Assembly: GCA_964016885.1 (NCBI GenBank)
Contig: OZ024744.1
Span: 17,298,001 to 17,362,000 of the forward strand
DNA from: Eledone cirrhosa
Taxonomy: Eukaryota
Reading direction: 5' to 3'
Length of the DNA: 64,000 bases
Shown here: positions 29,201 through 44,455 of the stretch, piece after piece
Layout of the letters: each line of letters opens with the position of its first letter
How positions within the stretch are numbered: position 1 is the stretch's first letter
Position numbers and translations under genes: made by a program
The notes under the pieces: model-generated
Told to the model about the DNA's origin: nothing
The model's input: the letters and a program-made list of their open reading frames with translations, nothing else
Databases searched by the model: none

Positions 29201-32200
29201 CTGTACACCATCAGATACTGACGACAGGTTGATACTCATTGCTGACCTGTACACCATCAGACATTGAGGGCAGGTTGATACTCATTGCTGACTGTACACC
29301 ATGAGACATTGACGGTAGGTTGATACTCATTGCTGACCTGTACACCATCAGTTATTGACGACAAGTTGATACTCATTGCTGACCTGTACACCATCAGATA
29401 TTGACAGCAGGTTGATACTCATTGCTGACCTGTACACCATCAGACATTGACGGCATGTTGATACTCATTCCTGACCTGTACACCATCAGACATTGACGGC
29501 AGGTTGATACTCATTGCTGACCTGTACACCATCAGTTATTGACGACAGGTTGATACTCATTGCTGACCTGTACACCATCAGACATTCACGGCAGGTTGAT
29601 ACTCATTGCTGACCTGTACACCATCAGACATTGACGGTAGGTTGATACTCATTGCTGACCTGTACACCATCAGATACTGACGACAGGTTGATACTCATTG
29701 CTGACCTGTACACCATCAGAATTTGACGTCAGGTTGATACTCATTGCTGACCTGTACACCATCAGACATTGACGACAGGTTGATACTCATTGCTGACCTG
29801 TACATCACATACTGACGACAGGTTGATACTCATTGCTGACATGTAAACCATCAGATACTGACGACAGGTTGATACTCATTGCTGACATGTACACCATCAG
29901 ATACTAACGACAGGTTGATACTCATTGCTGACATGTACACCATCACGTATTGACGACAGGTTGGTACTCATTGTTGACCTGTACACCATCACATACTGAC
30001 GACAAGTTGATACTCGTTGCTCACCTGTACACCATCAGGCATTGACGGCAGGTTGATACTCATTGCTGACCTGTACACCATCAGGTATTGACGACAGGTT
30101 GATACTCATTGTTGACCTGTACACCATCAGACATTGATGACAGGTTGATACTCATTGCTGACCTGTACACCATCAGAATTTGACGTCAGGTTGATACTCA
30201 TTGCTGACCTGTACATCACATACTGACGACAGCTTGATACTCATTGCTGACATGTACACCATCAGATACTGACGACAGGTTGATACTCATTGCTGACCTG
30301 TACACCATCAGATACTGACGACAGGTTGATACTGATTGCTGACATGTACACCATCAGATACTGACGACAGGTTGATACTCATTGCTGACCTCTACACCAT
30401 CAGGTATTGACGACAGGTTGGTACTCATTGTTGACCTGTACACCATCAGATACTGACGACAAGTTGATACTCATTGCTCACCTGTACACCATCAGGCATT
30501 GACGGCAGGCTGATACTCATTGCTGACCTGTACACCATCAGGTATTGACGACAGGTTGATACTCGTTGCTGACCTGTACACCATCAGTTATTGACGACAA
30601 GTTGATATTCATTGTTGACCTGTACACCATCAGACATTGATGACAGGTTGATACTCATTGCTGACCTGTACACCATCAGGTATTGACGACAGGTTGATAC
30701 TCATTGCTGACCTGTACACCATCAGGTATTGACGACAGGTTGATACTCATTGCTGACCTGAACACCATTAGACATTGACGGCAGGTTGATACTCATTGCT
30801 GACCTGTACACCATCAGATACTGACGACAGGTTGCTACTCATTGCTGACATGTACACCATCAGATACTGGCGACAGGTTGATACCCATTGCTGACCTGTA
30901 CACCATCTGGTATTGACGGCAGGTTGATACTCATTGCTGACGTGTACAACATCAGACATTGACGACATGTTGGTACTCATTGGTGACCTGTACACCATCA
31001 GATACTGACGACAGGTTTATACTCATTGCTGACCTGTACACCATCAGGTATTGACGGCAGGTTGATACTCATTGCTGACCTGTACACCATCAGACATTGA
31101 CGGTAGGTTGATACTCATTGCTGACCTGTACACCATCAGGTATTGACGGCAGGTTGATACTCATTGCTGATCTGTACACCATCAGACATTGACGGCAGGT
31201 TGATACTCATTGCTGACCTGTACACCATCAGGTATTGACGACAGGTTGATACTCATTGCTGACTGTACACCATCAGATACTGACGACAGGTTGATACTCA
31301 TTGCTGACCTGTACACCATCAGACATTGATGACAGGTTGATACTCATTGCTGACCTGTACACCATCAGACATTGACGACAGGTTGCTACACATTGCTGAC
31401 CTGTACACCATCATGTATTGACAGCAGGTTGATACTCATTGCTGATCTGTACACCATCAGACTTTGACGGCATGTTGAAACTCATTGCTGACCTGTACAC
31501 CATCAGACATTGACGGCAGGTTGATACTCATTGCTGTCCTGTACACCATCAGGTATTGACGACAGGTTGATACTCATTGCTGACCTGTACACCATCAGAC
31601 ATTGACGACAGGTTGATACTCATTGCTGACTTGTACACCATCAGACATTGACGACAGGTTGATACTCATTGCTGACCTCTACACCATCACGTATTGACGA
31701 CAGGTTGATACTCATTGCTGACCTGTACACCATCAGTTATTGACGACAGGTTGATACACATTGCTGACCTGTACACCATCAGATATTGACGGCAGGTTGA
31801 TACTCATTGCTGACCTGTACACCATCAGACATTGACGGCAGGTTGATACTCATTGCTGACCTGTACACCATCAGGCATTGACGGCAGGTTGATACTCATT
31901 GCTGACCTGTACACCATCAGTTATTGACGACAGGTTGATACTCATTGTTGACCTGTACACCATCAGATACTGACGACAAGTTGATACTCATTGCTCACCT
32001 GTACACCATCAGATATTGACGACAGGTTGGTACTCATTGCTGACCTGTACACCATCAGATACTGACGACAGGTTGATACTCATTGCTGACCTGTACACCA
32101 TCAGTTATTGACGACAGGTTGATACTCATTGCTGACCTGTACACCATCAGACATTGACGGCAGGTTGATACACATTGCTGACCTGTACACCATAGGACAT

Positions 32201-35200
32201 TGACGGTAGGTTGATACTCATTGCTGACCTGTACACCATCAGGTATTGACGACAGGTTGGTACTCATTGTTGACCTGTACACCATCAGATACTGACGACA
32301 AGTTGATACTCATTGCTCACCTGTACACCATCAGATATTGACGACAGGTTGGTACTCATTGCTGACCTGTACACCATCAGATACTGACGACAGGTTGATA
32401 CTCATTGCTGACCTGATAACTATCAGACATTGACGACAGGTTGATACTCATTGCTGACCAGTACACCATCAGGTATTGACGACAGGTTGATACTCATTGC
32501 TGACCTCTACACCATCAGACATTGACGGCAGGTTGATACTCATTGCTGACCTGTACACCATCAGGTATTGACGACAGGTTGATACTCATTGCTTACCTGT
32601 ACACCATCAGGTACAGATGACAGGTTGATACACATTGCAGACATGTACACCATCAGGTATTGACGGCAGGTTGATATTCATTGCTGACTTGTACACCATC
32701 AGCCATTGACGGCAGGTTGGTATTCATTGCTGACCTGTACACCATCAGACATTGACGGCAGGTTGATACTCATTGCTGACCTGTACAACATCAGGTATTG
32801 ACGACAGGTTGGTACTCATTGTTGACCTGTACACCATCAGATACTGACGACAAGTTGGTACTCATTGCTGACCTGTACACCATCAGATATTGACGACAGG
32901 TTGGTAATCATTGCTGACCTGTACACCATCAGATACTGACGACAGGTTGATACTCATTGCTGACCTGTACACCATCAGACACTGACGACAGGTTGATACT
33001 CATTGCTGACCTGTCCACCATCAGACATTGACGGCAGGTTGATACGCATTGCTGACCTGTACACCATCAGACATTGACGACAGGTTGATACTCATTGCTG
33101 ACCTGTCCACCATCAGACATTGACGGCAGGTTGATACTCATTACTGACCTGTACACCATCAGGTATTGACGACAGGTTGATACTCATTGCTGACCTGTAC
33201 ACCATCAGGTACAGACGGCAGGTTGATACTCATTGCTGACATGTACACCATCAGACATTTACGACAGGTTGATACTCATTGTTTACCTGTACACCATCAG
33301 ATATTGACGGCAGGTTGATACTCATTGGTGACCTTTACACCATCAGACATTGACGACAGTTTGATACTCATTGCTGACCTGTACACCATCAGATATTGAC
33401 GACAAGTTGATACTCATTTCTAACCTGTACACCATCAGACATTGACGGCAGGTTTAAACTCATTGCTGACCTGTACACCATCAGATACTGACGGCAGGTT
33501 GATACTCATTGCTGACCTGTACACCATAAGACATTGACGACAGGTTGATACTCATTGCTGACCTGTACACCATCAGACATTGACGGCAGGTTGATACTCA
33601 TTGCTGACCTGTACACCATCATATATTGACGGCAGGTTGATATTCATTGCTGACTTGTACACCATCAGACATTGACAACAGGTTGATACTCATTGCTAAC
33701 CTGTACACCATCAGACATTGAGGACAGGTTGATACTCATTACTGACTTGTACACCATCAGACATTGACGGCAGGTTGATACTCATTGCTGACCTGTACAC
33801 CATCATACATTGACGACAAGTTGATGCTCATTGCTGACCTGTACACCATCAGACATTGACGGCAGGTTGATACTCATTGCTGACCTGTACGCCATCAGAC
33901 ATTGACGGCAGGTTGATACTCATTGCTGATCTGTACCCCAACAGGTATTGACGAAAGGTTGATACTCATTGCTGACCTGTACACCATCAGATACTGACGA
34001 CAGGTTGATACTCATTGCTGACCTGTACACCATCAGACATTGACGGCAGGTTGATACTCATTGCTGACCTGTACACCAACAGGTATTGACGACAGGTTGA
34101 TACTCATTGCTGACCTGTACACCATCAGATACTGACGACAGGTTGATACTCATTGCTGACCTGTACACCATCAGACATTGACGGCAGGTTGATACTCATT
34201 GCTGACCTGTACACCATCAGGTAATGACGGCAGGTTGATACTCATTGCTGACCTGTACACCAACATATATTGACGGCAGGTTGATACTCATTGCTGACGT
34301 GTACACCATCAGACATTGACGTTAGGTTGATACTAATTGCTGACCTGTACACCTTCAGATATTGATGTCAGGTAGATACTCATTGCTGACCTTACACCAT
34401 CAGGTATTGACGGCAGGTTGATACTCATTGCTGACTTGTACACCATCAGATACTGACAACAGGTTGATACTCATTGCTGACCTCTACACCATCAAACTCT
34501 GACGGCAGGTTGATACTCATATTTGACCTGTACACCATCAGGTATTGAGGCAGGTTGATACTCATTGCTGACCTGTACACCATCAGACATTGACGACATG
34601 TTGATACTCATTGCTGACCTGTACACCATCAGATACTGACGACAGGTTGATTCTCATTTCTGACCTGTACACCATCAGACATTGACGGCAGGTTGATACA
34701 CATTGTTGAACTGTACACCATCAGACATTGACGGCAGATTGATACTCATTGCTGACCTGTACAACATCAGACATTGACGTCAGGTTAATACTCATTGCTG
34801 ACCTGTACACCATCAGACATTGACGGCAGGTTGATAGTCTTTGCTGACCTGTACACCATCAGATACTGACAATCGTTTGATAATCATTGCTGGCCTGTAC
34901 ACCATCAGGTATTGTCGACAGTTTGGTACTCATTGCTGACTTGTACACCATCAGGTATTGACGGCAGGTTGATACACATTGTTGACCTGTACACCATCAG
35001 ACATTGACGGCAGGTTGATACACATTGCTGACCTGTACACCATCAGGTATTGACGACAGGTTGATATCATTGCTAACCTGTACACCATCAGACATTGACG
35101 ACAAGTTGATACGCATTGCTGACCTGTACACCATCAGATACTGACGACAGCTTGATACTCATTGCTGACCTGTACACCATCAGACATTGACGGCAGGTTG

Positions 35201-37930
35201 ATACTCATTGCTAACCTGTACACAATCAGGCATTGACAGCAGGTTGATACTCATTGTTGACCAGTACACCATCAGTTACTGACGACAGGTTGATACTCAT
35301 TGCTGACCTGTACACCATCATACATTGACGACAGGTTGATACTCATTGCTGACCTGTACACCATCAAACATTGACGGCAGGTTGTTACTCATAGTTGACC
35401 TGTACACCATCATGTATTGACGACAGGTTGATCCTCATTGCTGACCTGTACACCATCAGACATTGACGGCAGGTTGATACTCATTGCTGACCTGTACACC
35501 ATCAGATACTGACGACAGGTTGATACTCATTGCTGACCTGTACACCATCAGACATTGAGGGCAGGTTGATACTCATTGCTGACCTGTACACCATGAGACA
35601 TTGACGGTAGGTTGATACTCATTGCTGACCTGTACACCATCAGTTATTGACGACAAGTTGATACTCATTGCTGACCTGTACACCATCAGATATTGACAGC
35701 AGGTTGATACTCATTGCTGACCTGTACACCATCAGACATTGACGGCATGTTGATACTCATTCCTGACCTGTACACCATCAGACATTGACGGCAGGTTGAT
35801 ACTCATTGCTGACCTGTACACCATCAGTTATTGACGACAGGTTGATACTCATTGCTGACCTGTACACCATCAGACATTCACGGCAGGTTGATACTCATTG
35901 CTGACCTGTACACCATCAGACATTGACGGTAGGTTGATACTCATTGCTGACCTGTACACCATCAGATACTGACGACAGGTTGATACTCATTGCTGACCTG
36001 TACACCATCAGAATTTGACGTCAGGTTGATACTCATTGCTGACCTGTACACCATCAGACATTGACGACAGGTTGATACTCATTGCTGACCTGTACATCAC
36101 ATACTGACGACAGGTTGATACTCATTGCTGACATGTAAACCATCAGATACTGACGACAGGTTGATACTCATTGCTGACCTGTACACCATCAGATACTAAC
36201 GACAGGTTGATACTCATTGCTGACATGTACACCATCACGTATTGACGACAGGTTGGTACTCATTGTTGACCTGTACACCATCACATACTGACGACAAGTT
36301 GATACTCATTGCTCACCTGTACACCATCAGGCATTGACGGCAGGTTGATACTCATTGCTGACCTGTACACCATCAGGTATTGACGACAGGTTGATACTCA
36401 TTGTTGACCTGTACACCATCAGACATTGATGACAGGTTGATACTCATTGCTGACCTGTACACCATCAGAATTTGACGTCAGGTTGATACTCATTGCTGAC
36501 CTGTACATCACATACTGACGACAGCTTGATACTCATTGCTGACATGTACACCATCAGATACTGACGACAGGTTGATACTCATTGCTGACCTGTACACCAT
36601 CAGATACTGACGACAGGTTGATACTTATTGCTGACATGTACACCATCAGATACTGACGACAGGTTGATACTCATTGCTGACCTCTACACCATCAGGTATT
36701 GACGACAGGTTGGTACTCATTGTTGACCTGTACACCATCAGATACTGACGACAAGTTGATACTCATTGCTCACCTGTACACCATCAGGCATTGACGGCAG
36801 GCTGATACTCATTGCTGACCTGTACACCATCAGGTATTGACGACAGGTTGATACTCGTTGCTGACCTGTACACCATCAGGTATTGACGACAGGTTGATAC
36901 TCATTGCTGACCTGAACACCATCAGACATTGACGGCAGGTTGATACTCATTGATGACCTGTACACCATCAGATACTGACGACAGGTTGATACTCATTGCT
37001 GACATGTACACCATCAGATACTGACGACAGGTTGATACTCATTGCTGACCTGTACACCATCAGGTATTGACGACAGGTTGGTACTCATTGTTGACCTGTA
37101 CACCATCAGATACTGACGACAAGTTGATACTCATTGCTGACCTGTACACCATCAGACATTGACCACAGGTTGATACTAATTGCTGACCTGTACACCATCA
37201 GACATTGACGACAGGTTGATACTCATTGCTGACCTGTACACCACCAGACATTGTCGACAGGTTGATACTCATTGCTGACCTGTACACCATCAGACATTGA
37301 CGACAGGTTGATACTCATTGCTGACCTGTACACCATCAGGTATTGACGGCAGGTTGATACGCATTTCTGAGCTGTACACCATCAGACATTGACGATAGGT
37401 TGATACTCATTGCTGACCTGTACACCATCAGACATTGACGGCAGGTTGATACTCATTGCGGACCTGTACACCATCAGATATTGACGACATGTTGATACTC
37501 ATTGCTGACCTGTACACCATCAGACATTGACGGCAGTTTGATACTCATTGCTGACCTGTACACCATCAGATACTGACGACAGGTTGATACTCATTGCTGA
37601 CCTGTACACCATCAGACATTGACGGCAGGTTGATACTCATTGCTCACCTGTACACCATCAGACATTGACGGCAGGTTGATACTCATTGCTGACCTGTACA
37701 CCATCAGTTATTGACGACAAGTTGATACTCATTGCTGACCTGTACACCATCAGATATTGACAGCAGGTTGATACTCATTGCTGACCTGTGCACCATCAGA
37801 CATTGACGGCAGGTTGATACTCATTGCTGACCTGTACGCCATCAGACATTGACGGCAGGTTGATACTCATTGCTGACCTGTACACCATCAGTTATTGACG
37901 ACAAGTTGATATTCATTGTTGACCTGTACA
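17270..37930. repeat. Three related copies of a 6.3-7.5 kb block (about 17.3-24.3, 24.3-30.6 and 30.6-37.9 kb); 24341-30586 and 30587-36878 form a near-identical tandem pair
   Basis: AAACTCTGACGGC (CTCTG at 20671, 28206, 34497) and TGACAATCGTTTGATAAT (21041, 28576, 34867) give offsets 7535 and 6291. Marker ORFs lie at 18413/25764/32055 and 24522/30768. GTTATTGACGACAAGTTGATATTC occurs at 24341 and 30587 (offset 6246). Confidence 0.9.
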
Positions 37931-40900
37931 CCATCAGACATTGATGACAGGTTGATACTCATTGCTGACCTGTACACCATCAGAATTTGACGGCAGGTTG
38001 ATACTCATTGCTGACCTGTACACCATCAGATTGATGACAGGTTGATACTCATTGCTGACCTGTACACCATCAGACATTGACGACAGGTTGAAACTCATTG
38101 CTGACCTGTACACCACCAGACATTGACAACAGGTTAATACTCATTGCTGACCTGTACACCATCAGGTATTGACGGCAGGTTGATACTCATTTCTGACCTG
38201 TACACCATCAGACATTGACGATAGGTTGATACACATTGCTGACCTGTACACCATCAGATATTGACGACATGTTGATACTCATTGCTGACCTGTACACCAT
38301 CAGATACTGACGACAGGTTGATACTCATTGCTGACCTGTACACCATCAGGTATTGACGACAGGTTGATACACATTGCTGACCTGTACACCATCAGGTATT
38401 GACGACAGGTTGGTACTCATTGTTGACCTGTACACCATCAGATACTGACGACAAGTTGATACTCATTGCTGACCTGTACACCATCAGATATTGACGACAG
38501 GTTGGTACTCATTGATGACCTGTACACCATCAGATACTGACGACAGGTTGATACTCATTGCTGACATGTACACCATCAGGTATTGACGACAGGTTGATAC
38601 ACATTGCTGACCTGTACACCATCAGACATTGACCACAGGTTGGTATTCATTGCTGACCTGTACACCATCAGATACTGACGGCAGGTTGATACTCATTGCT
38701 GACCTGTACACCATCAGACATTGACGACAGGTTGATACTCATTGCTGACCTGTACACCATCAGACATTGACGACAGGCTGATACTCATTGCTGACCTGTA
38801 CACCATCAGACATTGACGACAGGTTGATACTCATTGCTGACCTGTACACCATCAGGTATTTACGGCAGGTTGATACGCATTTCTGAGCTGTACACCATCA
38901 GACATTGACGATAGGTTGATACTCATTGCTGACCTGTACACCATCAGATATTGACGGCAGGTTGATACTCATTGCTGACCTGTACACCATCATATATTGA
39001 CGACATGTTGATACTCATTGCTGACCTGTACACCATCAGACATTGACGGCAGGTTGATACTCATTGCTGACCTGTACACCATCAGATACTGACGACAGGT
39101 TGATACTCATTGCTGACCTGTACACCATCAGACATTGACGGCAGGTTGATACTCATTGCTGACCTGTACACCATCAGACATTGACGGCAGGTTGATACTC
39201 ATTGCTGACCTGTACACCATCAGTTACTGACGACAAATTGATACTCATTGCTGTCCTGTACACCATCAGATATTGACAGCAGGTTGATACTCATTGCTGA
39301 CCAGTGCACCATCAGACATTTACGGCAGGTTGATACTCATTGCTGACCTGTACACCATCAGACATTGACGGCAGGTTGATACTCATTGCTGACCTGTACA
39401 CCATCAGATATTGACGGCAGGTTGATACTCATTGCTGACCTGTACACCATCATATATTGACGACATGTTGATACTCATTGCTGACCTGTACACCATCAGA
39501 CATTGACGGCAGGTTGATACTCATTGCTGACCTGTACACCATCAGATACTGACGACAGGTTGATACTCATTGCTGACCAGTGCACCATCAGACATTTACG
39601 GCAGGTTGATACTCATTGCTGACCTGTACACCATCAGACATTGACGACATGTTGATACTCATTGCTGACCTGTACACCATCAGATACTGACGACAGGTTG
39701 ATTCTCATTTCTGACCTGTACACCATCAGACATTGACGGCAGGTTGATACACATTGTTGAACTGTACACCATCAGACATTGACGGCAGATTGATACTCAT
39801 TGCTGACCTGTACAACATCAGACATTGACGTCAGGTTAATACTCATTGCTGACCTGTACACCATCAGACATTGACGGCAGGTTGATAGTCTTTGCTGACC
39901 TGTACACCATCAGATACTGACAATCGTTTGATAATCATTGCTGGCCTGTACACCATCAGGTATTGTCGACAGTTTGGTACTCATTGCTGACTTGTACACC
40001 ATCAGGTATTGACGGCAGGTTGATACACATTGTTGACCTGTACACCATCAGACATTGACGGCAGGTTGATACACATTGCTGACCTGTACACCATCAGGTA
40101 TTGACGACAGGTTGATATCATTGCTAACCTGTACACCATCAGACATTGACGACAAGTTGATACGCATTGCTGACCTGTACACCATCAGATACTGACGACA
40201 GCTTGATACTCATTGCTGACCTGTACACCATCAGACATTGACGGCAGGTTGATACTCATTGCTAACCTGTACACAATCAGGCATTGACAGCAGGTTGATA
40301 CTCATTGTTGACCAGTACACCATCAGTTACTGACGACAGGTTGATACTCATTGCTGACCTGTACACCATCATACATTGACGACAGGTTGATACTCATTGC
40401 TGACCTGTACACCATCAAACATTGACGGCAGGTTGTTACTCATAGTTGACCTGTACACCATCATGTATTGACGACAGGTTGATCCTCATTGCTGACCTGT
40501 ACACCATCAGACATTGACGGCAGGTTGATACTCATTGCTGACCTGTACACCATCAGATACTGACGACAGGTTGATACTCATTGCTGACCTGTACACCATC
40601 AGACATTGAGGGCAGGTTGATACTCATTGCTGACCTGTACACCATGAGACATTGACGGTAGGTTGATACTCATTGCTGACCTGTACACCATCAGTTATTG
40701 ACGACAAGTTGATACTCATTGCTGACCTGTACACCATCAGATATTGACAGCAGGTTGATACTCATTGCTGACCTGTACACCATCAGACATTGACGGCATG
40801 TTGATACTCATTCCTGACCTGTACACCATCAGACATTGACGGCAGGTTGATACTCATTGCTGACCTGTACACCATCAGTTATTGACGACAGGTTGATACT

Positions 40901-43900
40901 CATTGCTGACCTGTACACCATCAGACATTCACGGCAGGTTGATACTCATTGCTGACCTGTACACCATCAGACATTGACGGTAGGTTGATACTCATTGCTG
41001 ACCTGTACACCATCAGATACTGACGACAGGTTGATACTCATTGCTGACCTGTACACCATCAGAATTTGACGTCAGGTTGATACTCATTGCTGACCTGTAC
41101 ACCATCAGACATTGACGACAGGTTGATACTCATTGCTGACCTGTACATCACATACTGACGACAGGTTGATACTCATTGCTGACATGTAAACCATCAGATA
41201 CTGACGACAGGTTGATACTCATTGCTGACCTGTACACCATCAGATACTAACGACAGGTTGATACTCATTGCTGACATGTACACCATCACGTATTGACGAC
41301 AGGTTGGTACTCATTGTTGACCTGTACACCATCACATACTGACGACAAGTTGATACTCATTGCTCACCTGTACACCATCAGGCATTGACGGCAGGTTGAT
41401 ACTCATTGCTGACCTGTACACCATCAGGTATTGACGACAGGTTGATACTCATTGTTGACCTGTACACCATCAGACATTGATGACAGGTTGATACTCATTG
41501 CTGACCTGTACACCATCAGAATTTGACGTCAGGTTGATACTCATTGCTGACCTGTACATCACATACTGACGACAGCTTGATACTCATTGCTGACATGTAC
41601 ACCATCAGATACTGACGACAGGTTGATACTCATTGCTGACCTGTACACCATCAGATACTGACGACAGGTTGATACTTATTGCTGACATGTACACCATCAG
41701 ATACTGACGACAGGTTGATACTCATTGCTGACCTCTACACCATCAGGTATTGACGACAGGTTGGTACTCATTGTTGACCTGTACACCATCAGATACTGAC
41801 GACAAGTTGATACTCATTGCTCACCTGTACACCATCAGGCATTGACGGCAGGCTGATACTCATTGCTGACCTGTACACCATCAGGTATTGACGACAGGTT
41901 GATACTCGTTGCTGACCTGTACACCATCAGGTATTGACGACAGGTTGATACTCATTGCTGACCTGAACACCATCAGACATTGACGGCAGGTTGATACTCA
42001 TTGATGACCTGTACACCATCAGATACTGACGACAGGTTGATACTCATTGCTGACATGTACACCATCAGATACTGACGACAGGTTGATACTCATTGCTGAC
42101 CTGTACACCATCAGGTATTGACGACAGGTTGGTACTCATTGTTGACCTGTACACCATCAGATACTGACGACAAGTTGATACTCATTGCTGACCTGTACAC
42201 CATCAGACATTGACCACAGGTTGATACTAATTGCTGACCTGTACACCATCAGACATTGACGACAGGTTGATACTCATTGCTGACCTGTACACCACCAGAC
42301 ATTGTCGACAGGTTGATACTCATTGCTGACCTGTACACCATCAGACATTGACGACAGGTTGATACTCATTGCTGACCTGTACACCATCAGGTATTGACGG
42401 CAGGTTGATACGCATTTCTGAGCTGTACACCATCAGACATTGACGATAGGTTGATACTCATTGCTGACCTGTACACCATCAGACATTGACGGCAGGTTGA
42501 TACTCATTGCGGACCTGTACACCATCAGATATTGACGACATGTTGATACTCATTGCTGACCTGTACACCATCAGACATTGACGGCAGTTTGATACTCATT
42601 GCTGACCTGTACACCATCAGATACTGACGACAGGTTGATACTCATTGCTGACCTGTACACCATCAGACATTGACGGCAGGTTGATACTCATTGCTCACCT
42701 GTACACCATCAGACATTGACGGCAGGTTGATACTCATTGCTGACCTGTACACCATCAGTTATTGACGACAAGTTGATACTCATTGCTGACCTGTACACCA
42801 TCAGATATTGACAGCAGGTTGATACTCATTGCTGACCTGTGCACCATCAGACATTGACGGCAGGTTGATACTCATTGCTGACCTGTACGCCATCAGACAT
42901 TGACGGCAGGTTGATACTCATTGCTGACCTGTACACCATCAGTTATTGACGACAAGTTGATATTCATTGTTGACCTGTACACCATCAGACATTGATGACA
43001 GGTTGATACTCATTGCTGACCTGTACACCATCAGAATTTGACGGCAGGTTGATACTCATTGCTGACCTGTACACCATCAGATTGATGACAGGTTGATACT
43101 CATTGCTGACCTGTACACCATCAGACATTGACGACAGGTTGAAACTCATTGCTGACCTGTACACCACCAGACATTGACAACAGGTTAATACTCATTGCTG
43201 ACCTGTACACCATCAGGTATTGACGGCAGGTTGATACTCATTTCTGACCTGTACACCATCAGACATTGACGATAGGTTGATACACATTGCTGACCTGTAC
43301 ACCATCAGATATTGACGACATGTTGATACTCATTGCTGACCTGTACACCATCAGATACTGACGACAGGTTGATACTCATTGCTGACCTGTACACCATCAG
43401 GTATTGACGACAGGTTGATACACATTGCTGACCTGTACACCATCAGGTATTGACGACAGGTTGGTACTCATTGTTGACCTGTACACCATCAGATACTGAC
43501 GACAAGTTGATACTCATTGCTGACCTGTACACCATCAGATATTGACGACAGGTTGGTACTCATTGATGACCTGTACACCATCAGATACTGACGACAGGTT
43601 GATACTCATTGCTGACATGTACACCATCAGGTATTGACGACAGGTTGATACACATTGCTGACCTGTACACCATCAGACATTGACCACAGGTTGGTATTCA
43701 TTGCTGACCTGTACACCATCAGATACTGACGGCAGGTTGATACTCATTGCTGACCTGTACACCATCAGACATTGACGACAGGTTGATACTCATTGCTGAC
43801 CTGTACACCATCAGACATTGACGACAGGCTGATACTCATTGCTGACCTGTACACCATCAGACATTGACGACAGGTTGATACTCATTGCTGACCTGTACAC

Positions 43901-44455
43901 CATCAGGTATTTACGGCAGGTTGATACGCATTTCTGAGCTGTACACCATCAGACATTGACGATAGGTTGATACTCATTGCTGACCTGTACACCATCAGAT
44001 ATTGACGGCAGGTTGATACTCATTGCTGACCTGTACACCATCATATATTGACGACATGTTGATACTCATTGCTGACCTGTACACCATCAGACATTGACGG
44101 CAGGTTGATACTCATTGCTGACCTGTACACCATCAGATACTGACGACAGGTTGATACTCATTGCTGACCTGTACACCATCAGACATTGACGGCAGGTTGA
44201 TACTCATTGCTGACCTGTACACCATCAGACATTGACGGCAGGTTGATACTCATTGCTGACCTGTACACCATCAGTTACTGACGACAAATTGATACTCATT
44301 GCTGTCCTGTACACCATCAGATATTGACAGCAGGTTGATACTCATTGCTGACCAGTGCACCATCAGACATTTACGGCAGGTTGATACTCATTGCTGACCT
44401 GTACACCATCAGACATTGACGGCAGGTTGATACTCATTGCTGACCTGTACACCAT
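34551..44455. repeat. 5051-bp-period (110-monomer) tandem duplication: 34551-39404 and 39602-44455
   Basis: TGACAATCG at 34867/39918, identical marker ORFs at 37934/42985 and CGACAAATTG at 39231/44282 all show offset 5051. This equals 110x46-9, and the 9 missing bases match visible deletions of 1+3+3+2 nt. Confidence 0.92.
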
